Source: an uncultured Roseiflexaceae bacterium (lineage in GTDB: Bacteria; Chloroflexota; Chloroflexia; Chloroflexales; Roseiflexaceae). Taken from it: a stretch of DNA of 64,000 bases. A program made the position numbers and the translations under genes. The stretch is from assembly GCA_937988885.1 (NCBI GenBank), contig CALKHR010000034.1, positions 23,310 to 87,309 on the forward strand, written 5' to 3'. This document shows positions 27,875-39,237 of the stretch, one piece after another (positions within the stretch are counted from its first letter, which is position 1; every line of letters starts with the position of its first letter). A model generated the notes under the pieces. The model was not told the origin of the DNA, ran no database searches, and saw only the letters and a list, made by a program, of their open reading frames with translations.

Positions 27875-28600
27875 TCATCCCTGATAGCCCTCATCAACTG
27901 GCAGGTTAGCCCGTTGCATCGCTTGGCTGGCGAGTTGATGGCATCGCTCGTTCTCGGCACTGCCAGCGTGGCCGCGCACCTTCACAAAGCGCACCGCGTG
28001 CTGATCGCTCAGCGCCACAAGGCGCTGCCACAGATCCGCGTTTTTGACATCCACCATCTGCGCGCCCTCGGCCCGTTGCCACCCCGATTGTTGCCAGCGC
28101 CGTACCCAACCCTTCTGCATTGCGTCGATGACATACGCCGAATCGCTGAACAGCAACACCGACATCGGTTGCTTCAGCGCCTCCAAGCCCACGATGCACG
28201 CCATCAACTCCATACGGTTGTTCGTGGTGCGCGCGAACCCGCCGGAGAGCTCCTTGCGCCGATCCTTGTGCAGCAACACGACGCCGTAACTGCCCTTGCC
28301 GGGATTGCCATCGCAGCCGCCATCGGTGTAGATCAGCACCTTGCCCTCGGCGAGCCCTTGTTGGTGCAGCGCGAAGTAATCGTCGGCCTGCTCGTCCACC
28401 GGCTGCGTGAGGAAACTCGGCGCATCGTTCTTCGCACGGCTCTTGTACCACGCCTCGGCCTCGCTGAGCGACTGAAAGCTCTTGTAGACCGCGTTGGTCA
28501 AGCCCTTCACCTGCGCCTCCGCGCCCGCCTCGCCGAACCACTCATCGTACAGACCGGGCTTGCGGCCCACCACCACGGCGTAATATTTCTTCTTCGCCAT
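27875..28600 (-). CDS. rnhA: ribonuclease HI with N-terminal hybrid-binding (caulimovirus viroplasmin-like) domain
   Basis: N-terminal YYAVVVGRKPGLYDEWF...AVYKSFQSLSEAEAWY domain plus RNase H core IYTDGGCDGNPGKGSYGVVL. Confidence 0.85.
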   Translation of the reverse strand: MAKKKYYAVVVGRKPGLYDEWFGEAGAEAQVKGLTNAVYKSFQSLSEAEAWYKSRAKNDAPSFLTQPVDEQADDYFALHQQGLAEGKVLIYTDGGCDGNPGKGSYGVVLLHKDRRKELSGGFARTTNNRMELMACIVGLEALKQPMSVLLFSDSAYVIDAMQKGWVRRWQQSGWQRAEGAQMVDVKNADLWQRLVALSDQHAVRFVKVRGHAGSAENERCHQLASQAMQRANLPVDEGYQG

Positions 28601-28734
28601 ACCAACTCACTAGCTTCTTTTTCGGGTGAAAAAACCGCGTGGGCATCTCAGCGCCCTACTGGCATGCCCACGGATAACCCAGAGGCGCCGCCTCAACAGC
28701 AGGTTGGGCGGCACCCACACATCATAGAACGGCC

Positions 28735-29865
28735 TTATGCGAACTGGATAACCTGGCGCACCGCCGCGCCTCTCGCCAGCGCGTCGAAGGCCGGATTAAT
28801 CTCCTCCAGCGTGATCGTGCTGCTCATCAACCGATCGACGGGCAACAACCCAGCTTGATACATCGAGATAAAGCGGGGAATATCGCGGCGCGGCACTGCC
28901 GAACCCATATACGAGCCTTTGACGGTGCGCTCCTCGGCCACCAGGCTCACCGCCGAGATCGTGAACTGCTTGCTGGGGTGCGGCAATCCCACCGTCACCG
29001 TGGTGCCGCCGCGCCGCGTGCTCTGGTACGCCTGCGCCAACACCACCTCGTTGCCGACGCTCTCGAAGGTGTACTGCGCTCCGCCGCTGGTGATCTGCTT
29101 GATCGCCTCGACGACGTTTGGCTCCCGCGCGTTGACCGTGTGTGTCGCGCCGAGCGCACGGGCCAATTCCAGCTTCGAGTCGAGCAGATCCACCGCGACG
29201 ATCGGGTACGCGCCCGAGGCTCGCGCTCCCAAGATCGCGCTCAAGCCCACGCCGCCCAGGCCGAACACCGCCACGCTCGCGCCCGGCTCGACGCGGGCGG
29301 TGTTCACCACCGCGCCCACGCCCGTCATCACCGCGCAGCCGAACAGCGCCGCAGTCTGAAGCGGCAGCGTTGGGTCGATCTTCACCAGCGATTCTTGCGC
29401 GGCCACCGTGTAGTGCGAGAAGGCCGAGACACCCAGGTGGTGGTTAAGCGTCTGCCCGGCGGCGTTGCGGAAGCGGCGGTGCCCGCTGAGCAGTGAGCCA
29501 GCCGTGTTGCTCTGCGCGCCGTTCTCGCAGAGCACGGGTCGCCCGGTGGCGCAGGGCAGACAGCGGCTGCAACTCGGCACAAACGAGAACACCACGTGAT
29601 CATCGGGTGCAAAATCCACCACGCCCGCGCCAACCTCACGAACGATCCCTGCGGCCTCGTGGCCCATCACCATCGGCATCACGCGGGGGCGCGAGCCGTC
29701 GATCACCGACAGATCGGAATGGCATAATCCAGCGGCAACAACCTCCACCAATACCTCGCCCGGGCCGGGGCCTTCAAGCTCAAGCTCCTCGATCACAAGC
29801 GGTTGCGATGCGGCGTACGGGGCGGGTTGTTGCATATTGTACAGTACAGCGGCTTTTGTTTTCAT
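28735..29865 (-). CDS. Zn-dependent alcohol dehydrogenase, class III-like (formaldehyde dehydrogenase-like)
   Basis: GHEAAGIV catalytic-zinc motif, structural-zinc Cys cluster, Rossmann GLGGVG; start at ATG 29865 with GGAGAGGAT RBS (track ORF to 29946). Confidence 0.85.
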   Translation of the reverse strand: MKTKAAVLYNMQQPAPYAASQPLVIEELELEGPGPGEVLVEVVAAGLCHSDLSVIDGSRPRVMPMVMGHEAAGIVREVGAGVVDFAPDDHVVFSFVPSCSRCLPCATGRPVLCENGAQSNTAGSLLSGHRRFRNAAGQTLNHHLGVSAFSHYTVAAQESLVKIDPTLPLQTAALFGCAVMTGVGAVVNTARVEPGASVAVFGLGGVGLSAILGARASGAYPIVAVDLLDSKLELARALGATHTVNAREPNVVEAIKQITSGGAQYTFESVGNEVVLAQAYQSTRRGGTTVTVGLPHPSKQFTISAVSLVAEERTVKGSYMGSAVPRRDIPRFISMYQAGLLPVDRLMSSTITLEEINPAFDALARGAAVRQVIQFA

Positions 29866-29944
29866 GATCCTCTCCGATCTGGTCTCTCCTTGGAGTTGCC
29901 CTATTGTAGCGCAGATCGCTGTTCGGTGAAGGGGTGACGTGATC

Positions 29945-30495
29945 ATCCACAGATTACACAGATTGAATAAAGTGAGGGATTTAGAGCGCGACGAAAAGCG
30001 CTGTCATCTCGAACGAGCCGATAGGCGACGTGAGAGATCTCGACGTGTAGCGCTGCGGGCAGACAATGAGATTCTTCATTCCGCTGCGCTCCATTCAGAA
30101 TGACAATGAGGAAGCGACGAAATGCACTGTCATCATTCCGATGCGCTCCATTCAGAATGACAATGAGAGGCAACGAAAAAACGTTGTCATCTCGAATGAG
30201 CCGTCAGGCGAAATGAGAGATCTCAGCGGGGATGCAATGTGTTGCAATGGGAGGCAGTGAGGAAACAATGAGATTCCTCACTCCGTGCTACGCACTCCGT
30301 TCGGAATGACAGCGAAGAACGATGAAAAGCATTGTCATCCTGAACGGAACCGAAGGCGAAGTGAAGGATCTCATCGTGGAATCATCGCGTTGCGCAGTGG
30401 GTACACGATGAGATTCTTCATTCCGCTGCGCTCCATTCAGAATGACAATGAGGAGGCAATGAAAAACACTGCCCTCCATCGAATGACAACGACCA
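29945..30495. mobile_element. MITE-like element, left TIR atccacagattacacagatt followed by at least 4 expanded about 45-70-bp internal repeat units (gagattcttcattccgctgcgctccattcagaatgacaatgag...); right TIR missing
   Basis: 20-bp TIR identical (1 mismatch) to left TIR of 33273-33579 element; internal units share the ...gagattcttca.t.cg.gct.cgc.ct.c.ttcagaatgac core; small ORFs 30066-30536 are repeat artefacts. Confidence 0.6.
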
Positions 30496-30497
30496 CC

Positions 30498-31298
30498 CTA
30501 CCCCGCGAGAAACCGCAGGACCACCTCATTAAATAGCTCAGGCCGTTGCAGTGGCGCGAAGTGGCTGACGCCCGGCAGTAGCTCCCACGATGCGTTGGGG
30601 AGTTGCTGCACCAGGTATTCGGCGTGCTCGCGTTTGATGAACTCGTCGTGCTCGGCGTGCACCACCGCCACGGGCACGCGGATGCGCGCAAGGTCTTGCG
30701 CGGTGTAGTTCGGCTGCGTCGCCTGCATCAGGTTGACCGCCTCCATCAGATCGTCGAACTGCTGCGGTGTCGCCGAGAGGGCTGCGTAGTTTTGGCGGTG
30801 GCGCTGAATGCAGTGCTGCAACGTCGGCGGGAAATCAGTGAGCTCTTTGGTACCGCTGGGGTCCATGTTGCAGCCGAAGAATAGCACCGCCTCTACGCGC
30901 TGTGGCCGCCGATCCGCCAGGCAGAGCGCTGTGCAAGCGCCGTCGCTCCACCCCACCAGCTTGGCTGATGCGATGCCGAGATGGTCCATCACCGCCGCGA
31001 GGTCGTCGCCCATCAGCTCGTAGCTGTAGGGCTGCCCGTCGCGGGTGCTGCGCCCGTGCCCTCGGCTGTCGAGCAGCACCACCCGATAGCCGCCTGCCAG
31101 CAGCGCGGGCACTTGGTAGCCCCAGTTGCCGCTGTGGCCCAGCCCGCCGTGCAGCAGGAACACTGCTGGCCCCGCGCCGTAGGCCGCATACCAGAGCCGA
31201 GCGCCCGCGTGCTCCACCCAGCCTTGTTCGCCGCCAGCGGGCAGCGGCGTCGGACCTTCCGCCGCGAAGTGTGCCAGTTCGGGATCGGTGAAGGGCAT
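30498..31298 (-). CDS. alpha/beta-fold hydrolase
   Basis: HGGLGHS oxyanion region, GWSDG nucleophile elbow (GxSxG), C-terminal His; 266 aa. Confidence 0.85.
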   Translation of the reverse strand: MPFTDPELAHFAAEGPTPLPAGGEQGWVEHAGARLWYAAYGAGPAVFLLHGGLGHSGNWGYQVPALLAGGYRVVLLDSRGHGRSTRDGQPYSYELMGDDLAAVMDHLGIASAKLVGWSDGACTALCLADRRPQRVEAVLFFGCNMDPSGTKELTDFPPTLQHCIQRHRQNYAALSATPQQFDDLMEAVNLMQATQPNYTAQDLARIRVPVAVVHAEHDEFIKREHAEYLVQQLPNASWELLPGVSHFAPLQRPELFNEVVLRFLAG

Positions 31299-31767
31299 CG
31301 ATCTGTCCTTTCTCTGCGCTACACTGCCATGTTTCGTTTAGTATAGCACAAGTGTGCGTTTGGCGTGATAATTTGACCATATGACTTTGACAGTCACAAT
31401 GTGTTCAGAACTAGGCAAAGTGCAGCATTGGGAGACCGCGAGTAAGGCGGCGCGCGTTCTGGCGCGCAGCGCCACAGCTGTCCGAGCGCGCACACGTTGT
31501 GCACGACGTTGTTTGCCCGTAGCGACGGGAGTGAAGGCGCTGGTAACTCTTCTTCTCCAAAAACCTATCGTATTGGCTTACGTTGACATAAAGTTCTTCA
31601 AGAAGAGGAAGCTGCCGTGTGGGGAGGTCCGTGATCATGCTCTGGACTTTGGAGTGCTAGCCAGGGCGGAGGTGCAGGACTACGGCTCGCTACGGCGGTG
31701 TGATCCGGGCGCTGCGCCAAACGCCACCAAGTACAATGCTGGTATATCGGTGGCGTTTGACATAACG

Positions 31768-32400
31768 TTACTCGAAGCGCACGATCAGTTCGTTGAGCGG
31801 GCGGCGCGGGCGGCGCTGCGGGTCGGCGGCGGCGTAGCCGATGGTGATCAGGGCGTGCGGGATCAGCGCCGGGTCGAGGTCGAGCGCGGTCACGACGACT
31901 TCGGGGCAGAAGAGTGGCGCGCACATCCAACCGCCGTCCAGGCCGAGCTGGTAGGCGGTCAGCAGAATGTTCTGCACGGCGCAGCCCAGGCTCTGCACGG
32001 CCATGGTTGTCTCGGCGGCGTCGCGTGCGGCGTCGGGGTATTTGTCCAGGTCGGCTAGGTAGAGGCAGGGAATGATGATGGCTGGCGCGTTTTGGATGCG
32101 CTGTTTGGATTTGTTGAAGCGCGTCTCGATGATCTCGGGCGCTTGGCCGTCGAGCGAGAGTTGCCGCCGCCATTCGTCGCCCATCGAGTCGGCGAGGCGT
32201 TGCTTGATCTCGGGACGGGTCAGCACGACGAAGCGCCAGGGCTGCCGCCCGTGCGGCGAGGGTGCCCAGCGGGCCGCTTCGAGCATGGCCATGAGCGCTT
32301 CGTGGGGCACCGGACGGTCGTGGTAGCGGCGCACCGAGCGCCGCCCGCTGATGATCTCAGCCAAGGTGAGGTGTTCGCGATTGGGTGTTGTCTCTGCCAT
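31768..32400 (-). CDS. nitroreductase-family protein, FbiB C-terminal-domain-like (dehydro-F420-0 reductase candidate)
   Basis: Nitroreductase fold (RRSVRRY, APSPHGRQPWRF); immediately downstream of cofE as in split FbiB arrangements. Confidence 0.7.
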   Translation of the reverse strand: MAETTPNREHLTLAEIISGRRSVRRYHDRPVPHEALMAMLEAARWAPSPHGRQPWRFVVLTRPEIKQRLADSMGDEWRRQLSLDGQAPEIIETRFNKSKQRIQNAPAIIIPCLYLADLDKYPDAARDAAETTMAVQSLGCAVQNILLTAYQLGLDGGWMCAPLFCPEVVVTALDLDPALIPHALITIGYAAADPQRRPRRPLNELIVRFE

Positions 32401-32418
32401 GTGGCTTCCTAGTGCGGT

Positions 32419-33177
32419 CTAGCGGAATAGGTCTTTTTCGGGAGCGCGGATAAGCGCGCGGGAGTTGGCCTGCTCCGAGGGCGTGTAGGCGTAGCCGCGC
32501 ACGATCGCGATCGGCACCGCATCGACTTTGCCCATCACTAGCTCGGCGGCGGAGGCGAGTTCGTCGGCGACGGCCAGCATGCTCACGTGCATGGTGTAGC
32601 CGTAGGCGTCGGGTTGTCCGGCATAGTCGCTCAGCGGCAGCATGCCCGCCACGCCGATCGCGACGTTGACTTGGCCCTCGCGCCAGGGCCGCCCGAAGGT
32701 ATCCGAGATGATTACGGCGACATCGACTCCGGCGCGTTCGCGCAGGGCTTGGCGCAGCGCTGCGGCGGAGGCATCGGGATCGACGGGCAGCAGGGTGAGC
32801 AGGCCGTTGCCGTTCACGTTCGATTCATCGACGCCAGAGTTGGCGCAGATCCAGCCGTGGTGCGTCTCGGTGATCAGCACGCCACGGGTCATGCGCACGA
32901 CGCGGCGGCTTTCGCGCAGCACCACCTCGTAGTGGTGGGCGTCTTTAGCGCCCTGTTCGGCGATCTGCTGGGCGAAGTACGATGGCTCAACGGTCTTCGG
33001 GTCGATTACGCGGCCTTCGGCTTTGGAGACGACTTTCTGGGTGACGACGACGATATCGCCGTCGGCGAGGGTTTGCTGGTGCTGTTCGAGGGCCTGCAGC
33101 ATGAGTGCGGCGAGGTCGTCGCCGGGGTGAATATCGCCAATCCCACGCACTGGGATAATTCGTAGCTCACCTGTCAT
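32419..33177 (-). CDS. cofE: coenzyme F420-0:L-glutamate ligase
   Basis: CofE family sequence (ITETHHGWICANSGVDESN, ISDTFGRPWREGQ); start at ATG 33177 with AAAGGAA RBS. Confidence 0.8.
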   Translation of the reverse strand: MTGELRIIPVRGIGDIHPGDDLAALMLQALEQHQQTLADGDIVVVTQKVVSKAEGRVIDPKTVEPSYFAQQIAEQGAKDAHHYEVVLRESRRVVRMTRGVLITETHHGWICANSGVDESNVNGNGLLTLLPVDPDASAAALRQALRERAGVDVAVIISDTFGRPWREGQVNVAIGVAGMLPLSDYAGQPDAYGYTMHVSMLAVADELASAAELVMGKVDAVPIAIVRGYAYTPSEQANSRALIRAPEKDLFR

Positions 33178-33272
33178 ACTCGTTCCTTTTGCAGAGCATG
33201 GTAAAAAGACTCGGGCATTGTACAACGGATGCGATCCAGCGGCAACTTGCTGCGTATCCACAGAGATTTGGT

Positions 33273-33579
33273 ATCCACAGATTTCACAGATTGAGCAGTA
33301 TGGATGTATCGTTGTTACGGTTAACATAAAATTCTTCGTATGGTTCGTAGCAGCGTGCTGCTACCACTTCTAGACGTTCAAGGCTGGACGAGACGTGGAG
33401 ATTCTTCACTTCGTGCTACGCACTCGTTCAGAATGACTCTAAGGGCGATGTATTCCGCTCACCAAGTCACCAGCTCACCAAGTCACCTTGTCAAGACATC
33501 CAGAAGCTCAAGACAGGACGAGACATTGAACAGGAAAGCATCAACAACATCTTCCAAATAATCTGTGTAATCTGTGGAT
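33273..33579. mobile_element. complete about 307-bp MITE with 20-bp terminal inverted repeats atccacagatttcacagatt / aatctgtgtaatctgtggat
   Basis: Perfect-match TIRs (19/20) at 33273-33292 and 33560-33579; internal copy of the gagattcttcacttcgtgctacgcactcgttcagaatgac motif and a 14-bp tandem duplication ctcaccaagtcacc x2. Confidence 0.7.
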
Positions 33580-33813
33580 TATCCCTCCCCGATTGCTAGT
33601 GAATAAATTGTTATTCTGAGCCTGTATTTTCGCATTGACAAGCATTTCGATCGCTGCTAGGATAGGGCTACCCCGCAATCAACATCCCGCTCTCGTCTTC
33701 GCCCAAAGGTACCTACAACCCTTATCTTGGTTTCTTGGCTGTCCCGCATTTTGGCGGTGCTACAGCGCGTTGGCGTTTTCCCTTATCTGCTGTTGTCGCG
33801 AAAAGGAGTTGGT

Positions 33814-36800
33814 ATGCTTGGTACGCTTCCCTCCACACATAGTATGGCAGTGCGAGGATTAGGCCTGCTACGATTGTGGCTGGCGATCGTGATGATCCTG
33901 CTGAGTGTCGCTGTTGTGGCGTCGCCAGTATGGGCTGCAGGGACGATCAGTCTCACCAATTTGAATGTGGCGGTGTCCGAAGACTTCGATACGCTCGCCA
34001 GCTCTGGCACGTCGAGCACGGTGCCGAACGGCTGGGAGTTCTTGGAATCTGGCACGTCTGCCTCTGTAAATGGCTTGTACACCGCCGGTACTGGTTCAAG
34101 CAATACTGGCGATACGTACAGCTTCGGTGCAACTGGTAGCTCGGATCGGGCGCTCGGCGCGCTGCGCAGTGGCACAATCAATACGATCATCGGTGCACAT
34201 TTCACCAATGATACGGGCTCCACCATCACGCAGTTGACGATAAGTTACACGGGCGAGTTGTGGCGATTAGGAACTACTGGCCGTGATGATCGGATCGACT
34301 TCCAGTATAGCTTGACGGCCACTGGCCTCAACACTGGCGCGTTTGTCGATGTCAACGAGCTTGATGTGGTGACGCCCGATTCCAGTGGCACGGCTGGCGC
34401 ACGCGATGGTAACGACCCGCAGTTCCGCACAACTGTGAGCCACACTATCACTGGCCTGACGATCGATCCCGGCGCGTCGTTCTGGATTCGCTGGGTCGAT
34501 TTCGATGCGAGCGGTGCCGATGACGGATTGGCGATCGATGATTTCAGCCTGATTCCCGGTGGCGCTTCTTCCTCCACCAACCCGACAGGTTCGGCGACCG
34601 TTACGCCTGCGAGTGTGGATGCGGGCGATACCACGCTGATCACGGTCGATGTGACGCCCGGCACGAATCCGGCCAGCACCAACCTCAGCGTGGTGGCGAA
34701 TCTGGCGGCGATCGGCGGCTCGATCAACCAAACACTGTACGATGATGGTACGCATGGCGATGTGACGAGCGGCGACCTGACCTTCTCGTTTGAGGCCACG
34801 GTGGATGCCGCCACTACGGCGGGTATCTACGATCTGCCGATCACAATCAGCGATGATGAGGGGCGCAGCAGCAACACCAGCGTTGCCTTGACGGTGACCG
34901 CTCCGGCTGGCGATGCCAAGGTGGTGATCAGCCAGGTGTACGGCGGCGGCGGCAACGCGGATGCAACGCTGAAGAACGACTTTATCGAGTTGTACAACGC
35001 TGGCACCGCGAGCCAGAGTTTGGCTGGTTGGTCGGTGCAATACGCTAGTGCGGCGGGCACAAGTTGGCAGGTCACGACACTGTCGGGAGTGATTGCGCCC
35101 GGGCAGTATTACCTGATCCAACAGGCAGCTGGTAATGGCGGAACGCTCGATCTGCCGCCTCCGCACGCGATCGGTACGATTCCGATGAGTGCCACGAGCG
35201 GTAAGGTGGCCTTGGTATCGAGTGCCTCTCCGCTAAGCGGCGCATGCCCTATCGGCAATCCATTGGTCGTTGATTTCGTGGGCTACGGCTCGGCGAACTG
35301 CTTTGAGGGCAGCGGCCCCACCGATTTGCTCAGCAACACCACGGCGGCGCTGCGCTTGGGCGATGGTGCCACCGATACCGACGATAACGCCAACGACTTC
35401 GAGGTCGGCGCACCCTACCCGCTGCACGTCGATTATGCGCCGAGTGTGCTGAGCACTACTCCGGCCAGCAACGCAACCGACGTCGCTCCGGCTAGCTCGA
35501 TCGAGATCACTTTCAGTGAGCCGGTCGTCGTGACGGGTTCGTGGTTCTCGATCGTGTGTGCCAACAGCGGCAGCCACACGGCTACCGTGAGCGGCGGTCC
35601 GACCGTCTACACGCTCAATCCCGATGTCGATTTCGATGCCGACGAGCAGTGTACGGTCACGCTGGTGGCGTCGCAGATCAGCGATGTGGACAGCGACGAC
35701 CCGCCGGATACGATGGCCGCCAATTACGTCTGGAGCTTCACCACTGGCTCTGTTGCGGTCTGTGGCTCGACCTTCACGCCGATCTACGCGGTTCAGGGTA
35801 GCGGCATGAGCGCTGCGATCACTGGCATTGTGACGGTGGAAGGTGTGGTCATCGGTGACTTCGAGGGCAGTGGTGGCCTCGGCGGCTTCTACTTGCAAGA
35901 CCCGGAGGGCGATAACGACCCGACGACCTCTGATGGTATCTTCGTCTACACAGGCGGCACCGATACGGTTAGCGTTGGCCAGCACGTGCGCGTGACAGGC
36001 TACGCTCGTGAGCGTTTCAACCTGACCTCGCTCAACGGCGCGAACGACAACAACGCTGCGGTGCCAGCCGCCAACATCACGATCTGTGGTGAGGGCGCGG
36101 AGATCACTCCGGTTGAAGTGACGATGCCGTTCCCATCGAGCACCTACCTCGAGCGCTTCGAGGGCATGCTGGTGACGCTGCCGCAGGCGCTGACGATCGC
36201 CGAATACTTCGACTATGAGCGTTACGGCGAGATCGTGTTGTCGTACCCCGACGATATTGCAGCACTGACTGGGCCGAAGCGCTTCTACACGCCGACCGCG
36301 ATTGTTGCGCCGGGTGCGCCCGCTGCAGCGCTCGCCGCAGAGTACGAGCTGCGCAAAATCACGCTCGACGACGGTTTGGGCGTGCAGAACCCCAACACGT
36401 TGCGCCACCCCAACGGCCAGCCGTTCGGCATCAACAACTCCTTCCGTGGCGGCGATAAGGTGCAGGGTGTGACGGGCGTGCTGAGCTACGATTTCAGCCT
36501 CTACCGCATCCAGCCGACTGCTCCGGCCACCTACACTGCTGTGAACCCACGGCCAGCGGCTCCAGAGGATGTCGGCGGTCGCTTGAAGGTGGGTGCGTTC
36601 AACACGCTGAACTACTTCCTGACGTTGGATGCTCTCGACGACTCCACGAACAATGATGATCCCGCCGATAACGTGTGTGGAGGCAACGCCAATCTCGATT
36701 GTCGTGGCGCGGATCTGAGCCAGCCCAACGAGTTCCCACGACAACGGGCCAAATTGCTTCAAGCGATCATCGGCCTGGACGCCGATGTGCTGGGCCTGAA

Positions 36801-39048
36801 CGAGTTGGAGAACACGCCGGGCGTCGAGCCGCTGGCCGATATCGTCTCTGGCCTGAACGACATCCTCGGCCCGAACACGTACGCCTACATCGATACTGGC
36901 ACGCTGGGCACGGATGCCATCAAGGTTGGTATCATCTACAAGCCCGCCAAGGTCACGCCGGTCGGCAACTACGCGGTGCTCACATCGAGCGTTGACCCAC
37001 GCTTCGACGAGAGCCGCAACCGACCTTCGCTTGCGCAAACCTTCGAGGAGGTCGGCACTGGCGCACGCTTCACGGTGGCCGTCAACCACCTGAAGTCGAA
37101 GGGCTCGGCTTGTGCTGGTGATCCCGACACGGGCGATGGTCAGGGCAACTGTAACGGCACGCGCACCAACGCGGCGCGGGCGCTGGTCGATTGGCTCGCC
37201 TCCGACCCGACGGGCAGCGGCGACCCCGACTTCCTGATCTTGGGTGACCTGAACTCCTACGCGCAGGAAGATCCGATCAAAGCAATCATTGCGGGTGCCG
37301 ATGATACGCTTGGCACCAGCGACGATTGGACCAACCTGATCGCGCACTTCCAGGGTCTGTTCGCCTACTCCTACGTGTTCGATGGCCAGCTCGGCTACCT
37401 CGATCACGCATTGGCGAACGCCAGCATCTTCCCGCAGGTCACGGGCGCGACCGATTGGCATATCAATGCCGACGAATCGGATGTGTACGACTACGACACC
37501 AGCTTCAAACCAGCGTCGCAGCAGGCGATCTACGAGGAGAACGCCTATCGCACGGCGGATCACGATCCAGTGCTGATCGGCCTGAACCTAACTGCACCCA
37601 CACCGCCGAACAGTGCGCCGGTGGTCGTTGACGACAACTACACCGTCGATGCCAACGCCACCCTGACCGTTCCTGGAGAGGGTGTGCTCGCGAACGACAG
37701 CGACCCCGACAACGATCCACTGACGGCTGTTCTAGTGAGCGATGTGAGCAACGGTGTGCTCACGCTGAACCCGAATGGCTCGTTTACCTACACTCCTTCG
37801 GCTGGTTTCGTGGGCACCGATTCGTTTACCTACCAAGCCTCTGATGGCGAACTGACCTCGAATGTGGCGACGGTCACGATCACCGTGCAGGGGCAGAGTG
37901 GTCCACCCAGCATCGCGCCGATCGACGACCTTGTACCGCGCGGCGAGGTGCCCGTGGAGTTGTGTGCTCAGGGCACAGGTTGGCTCTACATTTCGGTCAC
38001 CGACCCGGACACTCCTGTTAACGCCCTCACGTTCAGCGCAAGCTCCACCAACAACGCGTTGGTGGGGGCGGGACAAGTGCAGGTCGCAGCACTATCGTCG
38101 CCCGCCAACGGCTTCCGCGTGCAGGTGACGCCGACCAACGGCCAGAGCGGCACCGCTCAGGTGACGCTCACGGTGAGCGATGGCACAGGCAGCGCGAGCT
38201 ACAGCTTCCGCGTTATCGTGGGCACCCCCGCTAACGAGACCCTCAACGGCAGCGACGGGCCGGATATCATCTTCGGTATGGGCGGCAACGACAAGCTGAA
38301 CGGCAAGGGCGGCAACGACATGCTTTGCGCTCCGAGCGGCAACGTGCAACTTGCTGGCGGTGCTGGCGCCGATATCCTAGTGAGCGGCGCGGGCAACGAC
38401 AAGTTGAGCGGCAACGACGGCAACGACATGCTCTTTGCCGGCGCGGGCAACGATACGCTTGAGGGCGGCAACGGCGACGATTGGCTCGAAGGCGACGCAG
38501 GCAACGATACGCTCAAGGGCGGTCCTGGCAACGATTCGTTGTTCGGCGGCGCAGACAATGACACACTAGAGGGCAGCGAAGGCGATGACCTGCTCGACGG
38601 TGGCGACGGTAAGGATGCACTCAAGGGCGGCGATGGCAACGACACCCTGCGCGGTGGCGCGGGCAACGACACCCTTGAGGGCGGCAACGGCGATGACACG
38701 CTGTATGGCGATGCCGACGACGATACACTCAAGGGCGGCAATGGCGACGACACGCTGTATGGCGGCGACGGCAAGGACTCCCTTGAGGGCGGCGAAGGCA
38801 TTGATATCCTGTACGGCGATGCCGGAGACGACACGCTCAAAGGTGGTAACGGCAACGACCTACTCTACGGCGGTGACGGTAACGACACTCTTGAGGGTGG
38901 CAACGGCGACGATGAGTTGTACGGCGGCGACGGCAACGACACCCTCAAAGGTGGTAACGGCGCCGACTTCTTCGATGGCGGCGAAGGCACCGATACCGCC
39001 AGCGACTTCAAGGCCAATCAGGGCGATACCCGGATCAACATCCCCTAA
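33814..39048 (+). CDS. giant secreted ExeM/NucH-family extracellular endonuclease (lamin-tail domain plus EEP nuclease domain) with cadherin/VCBS-like repeats and C-terminal RTX calcium-binding repeats
   Basis: Signal peptide after ATG 33814 (RBS GGAG); LTD ([26 protein letters not shown]); EEP motifs ([35 protein letters not shown]); more than 20 GGxGxDxL nonapeptide repeats 38.2-39.0 kb. Confidence 0.7.
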   Translation: MLGTLPSTHSMAVRGLGLLRLWLAIVMILLSVAVVASPVWAAGTISLTNLNVAVSEDFDTLASSGTSSTVPNGWEFLESGTSASVNGLYTAGTGSSNTGDTYSFGATGSSDRALGALRSGTINTIIGAHFTNDTGSTITQLTISYTGELWRLGTTGRDDRIDFQYSLTATGLNTGAFVDVNELDVVTPDSSGTAGARDGNDPQFRTTVSHTITGLTIDPGASFWIRWVDFDASGADDGLAIDDFSLIPGGASSSTNPTGSATVTPASVDAGDTTLITVDVTPGTNPASTNLSVVANLAAIGGSINQTLYDDGTHGDVTSGDLTFSFEATVDAATTAGIYDLPITISDDEGRSSNTSVALTVTAPAGDAKVVISQVYGGGGNADATLKNDFIELYNAGTASQSLAGWSVQYASAAGTSWQVTTLSGVIAPGQYYLIQQAAGNGGTLDLPPPHAIGTIPMSATSGKVALVSSASPLSGACPIGNPLVVDFVGYGSANCFEGSGPTDLLSNTTAALRLGDGATDTDDNANDFEVGAPYPLHVDYAPSVLSTTPASNATDVAPASSIEITFSEPVVVTGSWFSIVCANSGSHTATVSGGPTVYTLNPDVDFDADEQCTVTLVASQISDVDSDDPPDTMAANYVWSFTTGSVAVCGSTFTPIYAVQGSGMSAAITGIVTVEGVVIGDFEGSGGLGGFYLQDPEGDNDPTTSDGIFVYTGGTDTVSVGQHVRVTGYARERFNLTSLNGANDNNAAVPAANITICGEGAEITPVEVTMPFPSSTYLERFEGMLVTLPQALTIAEYFDYERYGEIVLSYPDDIAALTGPKRFYTPTAIVAPGAPAAALAAEYELRKITLDDGLGVQNPNTLRHPNGQPFGINNSFRGGDKVQGVTGVLSYDFSLYRIQPTAPATYTAVNPRPAAPEDVGGRLKVGAFNTLNYFLTLDALDDSTNNDDPADNVCGGNANLDCRGADLSQPNEFPRQRAKLLQAIIGLDADVLGLNELENTPGVEPLADIVSGLNDILGPNTYAYIDTGTLGTDAIKVGIIYKPAKVTPVGNYAVLTSSVDPRFDESRNRPSLAQTFEEVGTGARFTVAVNHLKSKGSACAGDPDTGDGQGNCNGTRTNAARALVDWLASDPTGSGDPDFLILGDLNSYAQEDPIKAIIAGADDTLGTSDDWTNLIAHFQGLFAYSYVFDGQLGYLDHALANASIFPQVTGATDWHINADESDVYDYDTSFKPASQQAIYEENAYRTADHDPVLIGLNLTAPTPPNSAPVVVDDNYTVDANATLTVPGEGVLANDSDPDNDPLTAVLVSDVSNGVLTLNPNGSFTYTPSAGFVGTDSFTYQASDGELTSNVATVTITVQGQSGPPSIAPIDDLVPRGEVPVELCAQGTGWLYISVTDPDTPVNALTFSASSTNNALVGAGQVQVAALSSPANGFRVQVTPTNGQSGTAQVTLTVSDGTGSASYSFRVIVGTPANETLNGSDGPDIIFGMGGNDKLNGKGGNDMLCAPSGNVQLAGGAGADILVSGAGNDKLSGNDGNDMLFAGAGNDTLEGGNGDDWLEGDAGNDTLKGGPGNDSLFGGADNDTLEGSEGDDLLDGGDGKDALKGGDGNDTLRGGAGNDTLEGGNGDDTLYGDADDDTLKGGNGDDTLYGGDGKDSLEGGEGIDILYGDAGDDTLKGGNGNDLLYGGDGNDTLEGGNGDDELYGGDGNDTLKGGNGADFFDGGEGTDTASDFKANQGDTRINIP

Positions 39049-39237
39049 TCGTCCATAGGTCATCATCACCAGGGGCGTACTCACATCGCCGAGTGCGCCC
39101 CTTTGTTATGCGCTCGTTTCTTGTTTTGGTATGACCATATGACTTTTGTAGCCATAATATCAAAACACTAACCGAGATACAAAACGAGGGCATGCCATAC
39201 GTGGCATGCCCTCAACCGACAGTGTATCGACGTGCGA

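Noticed and set aside
29950-30540. Possible CRISPR array suggested by multiple similar about 40-bp repeats
   Set aside because: Repeat units are imperfect and vary in length. Spacing is irregular (units abut or overlap). One flank carries a MITE terminal inverted repeat. No cas genes nearby. Better explained as an internally expanded MITE.
38200-39000. 9-nt periodic nucleotide repeat (ggcggcaacggcgacgac...) resembling a tandem/satellite repeat
   Set aside because: Lies entirely in frame inside the large nuclease ORF and encodes RTX GGxGxDxL nonapeptides; it is a coding repeat, not a non-coding array.
31381-39084. Long overlapping or antisense ORFs in the track (e.g. 31381-32058, 31598-32173, 32587-33165, 34267-35166, 35233-37563, 38199-38855, 26438-27712, 58206-59300, 59726-60913, 61250-62485, 49384-50445)
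   Set aside because: High-GC DNA lacks stop codons in multiple frames. Each overlaps a much better-supported gene with clear homology motifs and RBS, and none has recognisable domains.
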